DNA of 62,343 nt, counting the filler, from Dirinaria sp. TL-2023a (taxonomy: Eukaryota): assembly GCA_051941275.1 (NCBI GenBank). It is 7 parts of 7 records of this genome, joined end to end, with 100 filler letters (N's around TTAATTAATTAA, not from the genome) between each part and the next. Parts side by side here need not be neighbours in the genome. Positions count along the whole stretch, not along the records: positions 44,663 to 53,454 come from JAVEBF010001139.1; positions 53,555 to 62,343 come from JAVEBF010001140.1; 5 more parts are not named here. The stretch is one strand, 5' to 3'. The notes below the pieces were generated by a model. The model saw only the letters and a list, made by a program, of their open reading frames with translations. It was not told where the DNA came from and searched no databases. Shown one piece after another: positions 50,755 to 62,343 of this stretch. Positions within the stretch are counted from its first letter, which is position 1, and each line of letters opens with the position of its first letter. The position numbers and the translations under genes were made by a program.

Positions 50755-51431
50755 GAGAGAAGTTGGATCTCTATATCCAGAGGGGTATGTTATTACTATC
50801 GACTGATGTCGCTCGAAATGTACATAGCCGCTGGCGGTGGAGGAATTGAGGGGGGTTTTTCAGGGCATGGCGGATTTAAGGAATGGCACAGATTGCACTT
50901 ATTATACCCTCGTCTTAGCAAGGTATATTGTTCTAATTTGAATTGACCTGCACGCGCTTCTCAAGTGACTCGTGATTTCGGAGACTTTTGGGCCCACTGA
51001 ATGATCCTGCTCTTAATTTCATGTTTATAATGTCGGTATGGACTACAACTATGCACGTTAGGATGGTGAGACTGTTTTCTCCATGTGCAGTGTTCAAGTT
51101 CCCTTATCTTCTTATCTTCCAATGCCCTTTAACGTTTTCATCTTTAATAACGAGCCTCCTACATTCTGTGTTTTCGTGTCCGGTGCGTGTTCTATCATAG
51201 AGTCGAAGGTATCATCTAAGGTACAGTATTGTACCTTGGGTGTGGAGTTCAGTTGGAGTTGGATCCTCGGACCGAGCAAAGAGACAACATAGGGTCTGAT
51301 CAGGGTTCGATGTCCTGGAATGTCGGCGGATCTAAACCCCGTTATCGCCAATAATATCCGTAGCGTAAGCGTTCATTGGATTGCTTTAAGATGCTGACGA
51401 CTTGCATCTTCTTTCCTCGTTTGCTGTCGGA

Positions 51432-53318
51432 ATGTCACGAACGATGCCTCTTAGTCTTCTCACTCTGCCACAGGAAGTACTCCATAACGTCTTGGTCCGA
51501 GTAGATCCGCAGGATGTAGCCAGGCTACCTTCCTGTTGTCGAATGCTGAACGACTTCATCAAGAACAATCGATTGTTGTTCAAGGAGTTGTACTTAAGTC
51601 ATTTCGTCAGTCGATTGCACGAGCCTAGATGTGCTGTGTTGCAATAGAATCTCTGACATCTGGACTAGGACAAACCTAGAGAGAAGTCCGACAATGCTGA
51701 GCTGGCTTGGTTGGTTCAGCTTCCCAAGCTTATCAGAACTCAGAAAATCCTCGAGTCCGATAGCGTAGATGTCAAGGCAGGTGCTCTCAATATTGTCATT
51801 TATTATATAGATTAACTCTCCCTCAAGCGTGGTTCATTGGAAGATGTTGTCCAATCCGTCTTTCATCTCATCGACACTGCAGCTGTGGGCTCTATTCCAT
51901 CTCGGAACATCCCTTATCTCACTCGGCTATTCGCAGAGCAATCAAACATGGAAACCATCTTGTGCGGTTCGTTCCTCTATGATTGGGCAAAATCAGAGAC
52001 TTGGATGAAACGCCGGACCTCGTCCGATCCAGTCTTCGAGCAGGAACGGCCAGCTACTGCAGATACGGCTTCCGAGCCAGCTACCAACGAGGGTGGCTTA
52101 CGACCGTTTGTACTACGTCAATTGTTCCTGAGCGGCATTTCCGCCCGCTCTGCCAGCGCAGATCGCCCTACCATACCCAATACCAGACCGCCCGCAGAGG
52201 AAGCGCGTATGCGCCAACTGAGCGCGAAGCTTCATTGCCTTTATGGTGTTCCTATCGTCAATGCTCGCAATGATAAAAACAGCACTCACGGCTACAAGCT
52301 CCGCAGCGATACCACCCCCATCCATCCCTTTGCTCGATCGCTCGTCTACGACCTCCGGCAGCGCGATGATGCCAACTTCTGGGGCCCATTCATGGATGAC
52401 GGCTCTCAGGATGCAGATTGGGAGAAGCTCGAGGCTATCATGATCATCCTCCACCACAACACCAGCAGATACGCTGCCACTTTCGAAAGGCACGAGCGCC
52501 TGATCCCAGATCTGCGAATCCCTTTCGTGGGCGCAACACCCTACAGCTTTGTATCCCCTGCCTCACACGTCCCACGGGAGCCGAAGCTACCGCTGGAAGC
52601 CCAGGACCCGTACAATATCACCGGGACGTGGATGCGCGTGGTGTGTTTCCTGGACTACACGGAGCTGTTCAGCTTCAATTTTTCATCCCAGCAAGCCGAC
52701 GACCAGCCCCGACCGCCGCTCGATACGGAAGAAGCGTTCCGGTTGATAGTGTGTAAGCTGACGGTGAAGAAGGTCGAGCCACCGGGGGAGGAAGATGGGA
52801 AGTCATTGCCGGTAGTGTGGTTTGACGGGAAGAGCTGCAGTCTGCGACCGACATGGGATCCGAATGCCAATTCGAAGATCAGAGGTATTTTTTTGTATTT
52901 GAAGTCTGGTCAAGAGTAGAGGTTGATGCTGATCAAGTGCGAGGTTGTGTGCGGCTCACGCCCGAAGGCGAGGTCCGATGGACAACCTGGTCAATATTCC
53001 ATGGGTACGTCGTTTCCTGGGGAAGAACCATCAAGCTTTTGAGGTAGCAACGCTAATGCGAGGCTTAAAGCGAGGAACGCTGGCGCAGCGAAGGTATTCA
53101 AATTGGGGGCGTGCAGTCCGCTCGAGGTGTCCTGGGTACATGGTTTGACAAGTATATCTCTCTCTCCCGTCCCCCCTTCTCATACTAGTCTGGCATGGTC
53201 ATCACTAAAGAATATAAACAGGGACTACGACGAGCACGGCCCCGCAGGCCCTACATGCTTCTGGAAGCACAGCGACGGGTTCGAATTGTGCAAGGAGAAG
53301 CCCGCAGATGCTGCATGA
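51432..53318 (+). CDS. F-box domain protein (fungal family with C-terminal RWTTWS..ERWRSEG..GPAGPT domain), 6 exons
   Basis: N-terminal LLTLPQEVLHNVL, then ARSLVYDLR, WGPFMDDGS, DWEKLEAIM, DPYNITGTWMRVVCFLDY and HGPAGPTCFWK. Confidence 0.85.
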
Positions 53319-53454
53319 AGGCCGTTCATCCAAGCGTGTCGAATGGAGACGCTCCTCTGTAAGCGATTAGATTCAAAGTAGTTCAAAACGAAAGGAAATG
53401 ATAATGCACGACCAAAAATGAGGCAATGACTTCCATCACCAAACAAATGAATAT

Positions 53455-53554
53455 NNNNNNNNNNNNNNNNNNNNNNNNNNNNNNNNNNNNNNNNNNNNTT
53501 AATTAATTAANNNNNNNNNNNNNNNNNNNNNNNNNNNNNNNNNNNNNNNNNNNN
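53455..53554. other. Artificial contig linker
   Basis: N44-TTAATTAATTAA-N44. Confidence 0.97.
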
Positions 53555-53705
53555 GTAATCTAAGTGTAATCGGTGAGGTGGTTCGCCCAGCAAAACCTAC
53601 CGAAAATTTTGTCTAAACCGCGCTCTTGCACCAAAAATGCAAAGACATGCTGTAAATGCCCCGTTCGGTAATCCAGCTCCATAAAAAGGAGGCCAGCCAA
53701 CAATT

Positions 53706-55645
53706 TCAATCCTCTCTATCCAGCCATCTTGATCCCGACTCAAATCCCCACTTGTCACGGATGCGATCCAAAACCCGCCGGATCCAATTCGCCTCTCCGC
53801 TGCCGGGCTGGAATTGGCGAAGCACCACGTTCAACGGGAACATTAACAGATAAGCTCCGCTGAACCCGTTGACTTCGAACAAGAGGTGATAAGGGACCGC
53901 TCGGCACACATTGATCGCGGCCTGACGGCGTGTCTTGATGACCATGCTGGCACGTGCGTTTGGGTGGGGGTTTTCAGGTGACAGAGGAAGAAGCGATTTG
54001 AGGAAGTCCGTCGACAACTTTCGAGAAGGATCGGCGAGCTGGTAATGATGGGCTAGACCCAGAAGGAGGAACAGGTTGGTGTTGTAGACCGTGTATTCAT
54101 TTGCGCGAAGGGCGTCTGGAAAGTTGAGTGGCGAGCCGAATAACTCGTAAGGGAGGTCATCGCGTGATGTCAGAAGGTATGACGAAGGTGGCGACGACTG
54201 CGCGGCGGAAGGGTTCGCGGCGTTCCAAGACTGCTTCCATACTTGCAATACGTGCAGCTGCGCTTCGACTTCATCAAAACGTTTGTTGATTTGCGTACCA
54301 TGGCGTTTTGTGAAAGCTGAGATAGCGCTGCCGGACTGCCAGGGGGAGAAGCCTAGAGCTTTCTGCTTCTCAAGGAGACCAGGAATGACGCAGAAGATAT
54401 CGATGAGATGGTCAAGCCGGGATTTCTGGCTTGGGTCAGCAGCCCATGGTATAGTTCTCCATTCACGCTCCTCTAGAAAAGTCCGCTTGCTGTTTGCTAT
54501 CGCTCTGGCAGCCTATGTATCAATTTTAGCAACAGTTTCAACAAGGAAGGACCATGCAACATAGATAGTCAATGGCAATATGGGAATTCAGAGAAGAAAT
54601 TGGAACATACGATGATAGGCCTCGCGACTTCAAACAGGCGTTGTTCTTGGCTTGAACATGAAACGTTAGCTTAGAAGCACAAATAGTACAGGGTCAATGT
54701 TCCTAGCTCCGCCGCATCGGCTTGCTTTGGAAGATGACTGAGCGAGGGATTGAAAGATTAGAGCTTACAAAGACTGATGGCGCCAAGGCGTTCGCGATTC
54801 TATAAGCCGGGACACACCTCCGGCATGGTGAATCCATCCGTTGATTTCGGTGGAAGCAACGATCTGTCCATGATCAGGAATATGCTCTGAAACTTGAATT
54901 GCGTAGTCTGTAAAACACAGATGTGCAGAGATGAAATTCGAGCATTGGGAGTCGTGGAAAATGGGAGACAAACCTCGTAAATAGCCAGCGCGATGACGGA
55001 GAGCAAGGTCGATACTGACCAGACGGTGTCATTGTTGTTCAAGTCCTGCGCAAGCTTTGCCAGAGCTTGACCGTACAGGACAGCGCCTTCTTGCGAGACC
55101 CTTTGCTGATGTTGAACACGGCCGTAGAAAGCTGCTGCCAGGGCACCCACGGAGTCTGCAGTGGTCAAAGACCTATTCTCCCAGGCCGGCAAAAAGCATC
55201 CGCGGCCAATTTGAATGTGCTTGAGAAAGTTTTCTACGAGATAGCTGTGGTAAATGTTGCCGTGTAGCGAGGAGAAATCTAGCTGAGCGGGCAAAGAAAG
55301 TCCTTGCAACGATTGTTGTCGAACAAGGATACCTTGATAGTCGCCAGCCGGGGATAGCTCGCCCGATCCGCTCGAGCCGCTCGATCGACTGCCGGGTGCT
55401 TCGAGAGTAGTGTCCTCCTCATCTCCAGGTTGCGAGGACGATTTATCGAAAACGATACGCAAGCCTGATGGGTAGCCTTCGCACTCATAGCCCGCATTGA
55501 TACATCGTCGACAGGTCGGCCGCTCTTCGTCTGTCGGAGTCTTCAGACAAAAGTCACAGAAAAGTCATCATCATAACCTACCGCATTTTACCTTCCTTCT
55601 TCGACATGTTCGACAACCCTTGCTACGACCTGCAACGTTGACCAT
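53706..55645 (-). CDS. Zn(II)2Cys6 transcription factor, 5 exons
   Basis: [64 protein letters not shown] and AINVCRAVPYHL..LMFPL. Confidence 0.9.
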
Positions 55646-58600
55646 CTTCAATGGCAGTCCAAAGAATATGTTTGTGAAGTCGCAAAAGTGATTTTGAAGC
55701 CGACAACCTCTTATTCAGATATGGATGGGGAGAGCAGTAGGAGTCAATGAAAGAAATAAATCGCAACTGAAAAGCAGATGAATGTCTGTAATGAGCAACC
55801 TGTTGTACTTACTCGTTTGCTGTGGACGTACGTCTTGAATTTAAAGCTGCTGGCAATGGGGTAGCTACAAGTGTTGAATATCACGCGACCAGGGATATAA
55901 AATTGGGACTCGGTCATCATCGAGGACAGTATACAACATTATTGCCTTTTGGGCTGAAAGTTTTCAGAGGAGGTTTGAATCATCAGCTCTCACCCTTCGA
56001 TAGCCAATTGACCATCGTCGGAGGTCGACGGGCAACACGCGCCGACAGCCTGTCGATCCGAGGCTGAAGATAGAACGGTCAGGAAGACCCATAGTGGACT
56101 AAAGAGCGACTATAGAGCGAGGGACCGAAGGGGACAAGATACCATTGAAGTCCAGATGAGACTCCAGACTGGCTTCCAATGAATGCGGGGGCTCCACATC
56201 GTCAGTTGCGTTGTGGATGTTTGATGAGAAGAGACTGTTATTCTGGTGCATGTCTGTCCATGTCTGGGTGTGAAGTCGAGAAGGGAATTTTGCGTTGCTC
56301 GGGTGTGACAGAAGCTGTCCGGACTTGCCCTTACCCCTGACGCTATTCCGCCTTAAACTAGCGTTGCGAGAAGCGAACGGATGATCGGCAAAGGCCGGGG
56401 CCACAGGGTGTGCAAGGCTCGCACTGCCTTCGCCTTGCTTGGACCGTAGGGGGAAAATGCCAGACCAAAACAATTTGGCATCGCCGCATTTGTCTGGTTC
56501 TGCTGACTGGTCTCTCAGAGCTCGAAGAATTTGGGTTCCCCGAAACCATGGTTACCCCAGCAGACTCACCCCTGGCACGCCTAGCTGATGCTTGCTCGAG
56601 CCTGTCAACAAACCGTGAATGTGAGATATCGAAGCTCTATTGGACAATCTTTGCACGGCGTCGATTTCTATATTTTCTCAAGATCGACAATCTGGCCGCT
56701 GAGCCACAGTGTGCTCGTGGTTCTGCGATTGTTTCATCTGTCTCAAGCAGTCGAGCTCCGGATCTAAAAGGTAGCTTATCTGATTAAAGTTCCCCTGTCT
56801 GAGATCCTAGACTCTGCCGCAAATCCGCAATCCGTAATGGCCATCTACTGTAGTCCTCGAATCCCAATCTCTCTGAAGAACAAAAATAGGACCAGAATTG
56901 CAGAGCAGAGACGAAGATGCAGTCTGACACCGTCACCGCCCGAATCCTGTTGAAGATGATGGTCAGACCACGTGGTTGACCGTGCCAATGGAATGGTTCT
57001 CGAGACGATCAGGCAAGTACAATCGAACAGGCCAATAACTTGTTCGTCCCGGCATGTCGGTGGCCGTAGCCGAAAACTCCACGTGGTAGCATTCGGGCCG
57101 ACTCTCTCGCCACTCGCGTTAAAGTGCGGCTTGGAAGTGTGGCGGAAACCAATTATGATTGCAAATTCCTGTGCAAGCAAATTTTCTTCTGTTGTAAATC
57201 GCGCCAGGCAGGTCGGCGATTCCATCTACCCAATAGAGTGAAAATGAAGATTGCTCCTTGATGTACGAATCCAGCAGCTAATTGATTATTTCGAGGCCTG
57301 GCGCCATCAAAGTGCCATGCGCGCTCCCGAGCTGTGGCGCAAAATCCCGAGGACCTGGGACAATTCTCCGTAGAACAGTCGACCGGCCTGCACATCAGTG
57401 TGGAGTCTCCGGTTTCCGACCAGTCCTCTGCCGACCATACCTAGTAGACCGCACATCGATGTTGCAATTCTCTATACGATCTCATATCGAGATCGGTCTA
57501 CGCACCCATGTCCATGGTTCATTGGAGAGTGAGGACCAATACCATTTGTTTGAGGAGATGCCGAAAATATTCATCCCTTCCTCCTAAACCCAGTCTCTCC
57601 ACTAGCCAGCATATCTCGCCTGGAGCATACCTTAGCTTGATGTTGATCGGCAGATTCCAATAGCGTGCATGATGCTGCTGGAACCAAAAGCCAGGGTTGA
57701 GTTCTAGTCAGCGAAGACCCCATAAGGAAATATCCAAAGTGTGGGGTATGGAGTATGCTACTTTTAATGGAAGGTGGGTCCACGGACTAAGCCGGCGCTA
57801 AACCGTGTTGACGAGTGCCTCCTACCTTATGTGGAGGGGATTTGTAACACTGATCGCTTCGGTGATAGCTTCAAGCAATGAAAGCGAGTCCAACCAATGC
57901 TCGCTTATACCAGTAGCTCCTTTCGTCCTGTCAACTCGCTTGGTCCACCTCAAGATCCTTTCCGTTCCCCCACACATTCATCCTTCCATCCTTCTCCCGC
58001 AGGAAGAAATTTTTTTTTTTTTTTCAACTGGTGCTCTTGTCACTATCGCCATCTCCGTGATCAGCGAATTCTCAAAGAATTTCATGAGCTTGGTGGCTGG
58101 ATTGGCTCCAGTGTCTATCTCCGTGTTCGAGGCTGCAGCCCTATCAAACAGCATTTTCATCTATGTTGCCACTGGCACAAATTTCATCGCCTTGTCACTT
58201 TCAGCTCGTATGTGCTAGTGTAAGGTGTCCCAGGTCGTAAGGCCAGGGGTCGCAATACGGTCAACGCAGCTACTGACCTAGTCCCATTCCGTCAGCAACT
58301 GGATGAAGCGCCGAATTCACGACGACGGCCGAAAGAATGTAGATCGGCGTCCAAGCAATTTTGAACGTCGCATCAGTTTGTTCTCCTTCGTTTGTTCTCC
58401 TTCACTGCAACGTAGTTGTCGTCCCATTACAAATCAAACAACACCTCGAAGAGTATAATCTCCGAGACCAAAACGTAGCAGACTTGGTGATCGCAGCTGC
58501 TAGACTGACAGTTGGCCGAGTCAGGAGTGATAGAAGAATCAATGTCATACAGTGACAAAACCCAGCCATTATTGTACTCCATAAGCGCCAAAGCTGACAA

Positions 58601-61433
58601 TAACATAATTACCACGCCCAGAAGTAATCCGCCAACCCAAGGCTGGCTTTTTCGAGAGGCTTGTACGTAGAGCATGGGGACTGGACTGAGAAGAAAACTG
58701 AACGACAGCGCGGCCATGTTGATATCCCTTTGAAGATACCCAGACCAAATGCTCATGGATCGGGGTGCCAAGAGTAATAAGACGGAGGATACTTGTAGTA
58801 GCCATTATTTCTCACCTATTCCATCATAAATCATCTTCAAGCCAAGCCTGATGGACGACCAAACTCTTTCACAGCGAACAGAGTGAAAAGGGAGGCCTGA
58901 ACTGAGTCTGTCTCGGCTCGTCTCCAGGGGTATGGCGTTCAATTTGTCATAGAAACGTTCTATGCCAGAGATACTTACTGTGAAATAAAATTTTCGGCAT
59001 TGTCGATAATTTTGCTAAAAGAATAAGATGCTTGAGAGATGAATGTAATAAATCACTCTAGCCAAGAAGCGGCTCAGGTGCCCTGCGCTGGTTCCTCGTG
59101 ATAACTTTGCCCCGAACAGTCCAGTCTTGTGTAACAATGGGTGCCATCCAGCTTTCACCATCATGCTCTCAAGAGGCGTCTCAATCGGGCCATGTGGCGC
59201 AAACAGACTGCACTGAAAGTGCAAGCGCGAGATTAAGTGCGCAACTAAAGCTGGCTATGATTGAATTCTCTTACACAGTGGTTCAAAAAGCATGAAGAAT
59301 GTTGCTTAAATAAGGCGCAATCCACTCAAGATGAAACGATCTGAGGATGGTTGACGGGTTTAAAAACTCGCGAATGAAGCACGATTGGATGCATAGATTT
59401 GGGGGATGAGATGAGGAGGGCATAAAGCTGCTGGGAAAGCTAATATCAATCATACAACTAAATTCTTATGCTGTTAGATAGACTTATCAGGTGGATCAGA
59501 TCCTTACAAGCCATCCCTTTATAGGTGCTGGCTTCTGTGCTTTCTGAGCCGACTTTTGATTGTTGAATTTTGGTTTCCATTCCCCATTCTGCAGCTGCCT
59601 TCTGTCTCTCCTCTGGGCCGAGTATTGTGCCAAGACTGGTAAAGCAGGACGATCCGCAACTGCAGCTCTTATGACGAATCTCCAGGCAAGCGTAGGGCTC
59701 ATTTGATAACCATAATTGTTTCGGCAATGGCGTTTACAGAAAGGTTGGAATGGTACGAAAACCAGCCTCCATACCCGCTAGCTGCTCGGTAGATTTTCCT
59801 ACAATGGCGTTCAGCTCTCGCAGTGCAGCAATTCGAGACAGTGACTGACATCGCCGCTACCAGGCTGTTATAGTTAGTTCTTTTCTTTCCTTTCGCTTTT
59901 CGTTGCCTGTTGAACACGACATCCTCTGCTCTTCGACGCCTGAGCTTTGGAGGAGGTCGCTCTTTGATTCGAAACGGCAGAAAGTGTCTCTCCTTTGAGA
60001 TAGAAAAAGAACATGTAGACTTGTAGTTGTACATTAACGAGAGCATTGATGTGACAGTTTTTGAAGTATCTGCGTTGGTAGTAGGCAAACAAATTGATCG
60101 ACGTTCACCCACATAAGTAAGCTCGATATTCAAGACTATGTGGAAGATTTTGGGTTTAAATAAACTTCCATTGCGAGATTTGAGGATAATGCAAAGGCGA
60201 GACGTTACTAAGACCTAGATGAGCAACTATCAAAGGTTGCTTGTACGACCTCGTTCACTGGCTGCAATGTCCTCATACTTCCTACTTTTAACGTGTCCTC
60301 AAGCCGCGAATAGGTGTCCATCGCTCAGACGACATCCAAACCAGGAGCTATCTCAACTTGAAAACCCGAGGCTGGTAAAGATTGGTTCCTTAGCCGGGCA
60401 CCTACTCAACAACGTGTCGAGCCTTAGAGACGCTCATGAATCTCGGAAAGTGATATGCACGATAAACATTTCAGCGTCTGCCAATGAAAATGATCATTGA
60501 TTCCTTCCCCGAGTGGCTAGCTTTGAGGAAGTGCTTTCTATGCTATGCGCTGGTAGGAATGTGTGTTAACATTCTCGTCTGACCTATTGGGGTATCGCTT
60601 GAGGTTCGTGATCGCTGTTTTGATGCTCTTCTTGTGGCTAGTACACCTTTAACAGTTTGTCGAATTGACGATGGCTCCTCGGCAGTATACTGACCCTCTG
60701 TCGTTTGGCTGGTTCAATTTTGTCTTGACGTGCTGGTGTGCTTGAACTAAGCGCTCTGCCATTTCATGGCATAGTGCGACTAGAAGGGTCGTCATCTCGA
60801 ATTGAAGTCCGCAAGCCATCGTGTTTAGGCTACTCCTCTGATCCCCAGCCGAAAGTCACCGGAAGGACTACCCGGGACTCCTTCACACTTCAGTTTGCTG
60901 TCAAAGGCTCGCCTGATACACTCGAAGCGCACCTAGACGGTCCGGTCTCGAGGCTGTTGCGCCAAGGAAAAGGGGAATAGACCACGTGAAGCATGGATCT
61001 TGGCAGAAACTGAGAGCCAATTGACTTGTAGGGGAAAGGGAGGATGTCCATTGTTGTAATGATATAGAAGACTTGAAAACCCCCGAGCTAGCGGGAAAGA
61101 CCGACAGATGAGGCGGAAGGATGAAAATCAATTGTCCGTGGCGTAGCTAGCGAGATGGGAGACAAGCTGTGATTGGCTCTCACCTCCCGAGGGCGGAAAG
61201 TAGTTGAAAGCATCGCGGCGCGAAACTGGGGCTCCTAAAGTAAAGATGGCACCGGGACCTAAGTAAGGTACGGTTTAACTTCAATTTCACCCCGTCGCTG
61301 CCACGCTTAATCGAACCCTAACGGGACCTCGGACAATCACCCAAATTCCGCTCGGAGGGCTATAATAACCCGCCGCAGCAGCAACCATCCTTCTAAAAAC
61401 AATGGCATCTGGTCTGCCACCATTTAGCACAAA

Positions 61434-62343
61434 ATGCTCTCATCTCCTCACCCCGCGGTGTCTCCATCCCCGAAATTCAGATTCTCCCAGCCGGTCGTCC
61501 TCGCCAGCGCCAGCCTCGCAGCCGGTCTCGCTTTCTACGCTACCTCAGCCTACCTCCGCCGCGCCCAACGCCTGGACGACGCGATGCCTCCGCGCACCTT
61601 CACAGGAAAGATCGGGTTCCAGAGCCTGACGCTCGAGAGTAGCGAGCAGGTCAGCCATAACGTAAAGCGCTTGCGCTTTTCCCTCCCCTCGAAAGAGGCT
61701 GTGAGCGGGCTTACTCTAAACTGTACGCTTCAAACCTCCTTGGTCCCCAAGGACTAGGCAAAATGTTGTGTTGTTTCACGACTAAAAGCTCTCTGCTCTT
61801 CCCGAACAGCGGCACTCCTCACTCTTTCCACCCCGGGCGGGTCATGGCTCCCTGTGCTACGCCCATACTCGCCCATAAGCGACCTGAACGCGAAAGGCCA
61901 CGTCGATCTCCTCGTCAAACGCTACCCAGACGGGAAACAAAGCACGCACCTACACTCCCTCAAACCTGGCGACTCGCTCTCCTTCCGAGGTCCCATGACG
62001 CATTATAACTGGTCTCCCAACGCATTCTCCCAGATCGCGCTCATCGCCGGTGGAGCAGGCATCACCCCTTGCTTCCAGCTCATAAACGGGATCTTGAAGA
62101 ACCCCGAGGACAAAACGCGGATGACGCTCGTGTTCGCGAATCAGACGCCCGAGGACGTACTTTTGAAGCCGGAGCTCGATGAACTGGAGAGAACGTACCC
62201 GGGCAGACTGAGGACTGTGTATACCGTTTCGAAAGGTGGGGAGGGGTCGAAGGACGGGTTGAGAAGGGGGGGTATCACCAAGGAGTTACTGGGCGAGGTT
62301 TTGCCGCGGGGTGACGGGGCGAAGGAGGGTATGAAGGTCTTTG
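61434..62343 (+). CDS. MCR1: NADH-cytochrome b5 reductase (Mcr1-like), 3'-truncated by the window end
   Basis: SHNVKRLRFSLP, LRPYSPIS, LLVKRYPDGKQS, FRGP, LIAGGAGITP and LVFAN. N-terminal hydrophobic anchor; intron ~61723-61809. Start codon is uncertain. Confidence 0.85.

Noticed and set aside
61402..61629. Good-context upstream ATG as the MCR1 start or a regulatory uORF
   Set aside because: Out of frame with the reductase, and I found no splice that joins it. Cannot be resolved without transcripts.

Overview
Eukaryotic DNA from a filamentous ascomycete (Pezizomycotina; this assignment is inferred from the short GT-AG introns with CTRAY branch points and from the gene families). The window is not one locus. 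It is seven ~8.8-kb contigs, sorted by decreasing length and joined by 100-nt N44-TTAATTAATTAA-N44 linkers. It carries about 20 mostly intron-containing genes: a secreted DUF7029/7223-like protein, zf-MYND/DUF4470 protein, small HSP, Dnt1-like nucleolar protein, Pal1, Usb1, threonine synthase, choline/ethanolamine phosphotransferase, CAF-1 large subunit, two Zn2Cys6 factors, RTA1, a Mid2-like membrane protein, two RGS-LOV proteins, thaumatin-like protein, a small GPI protein, Rds1-like ferritin-fold protein, F-box protein and a truncated NADH-cytochrome b5 reductase. Four things stand out. (i) A head-to-head pair of different RGS-LOV photoreceptor genes, one with a variant NCRFLG motif and an 11-copy EPYET repeat. 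(ii) A Zn2Cys6 gene whose zinc cluster is completed by a 2-nt microexon. (iii) Four copies of the Upc2-type element CTCGTATA around that factor and its divergent RTA1 partner. (iv) A 137-bp TA-flanked foldback/MITE containing telomere-like repeats. Gene models were spliced by eye, so exon boundaries are provisional.
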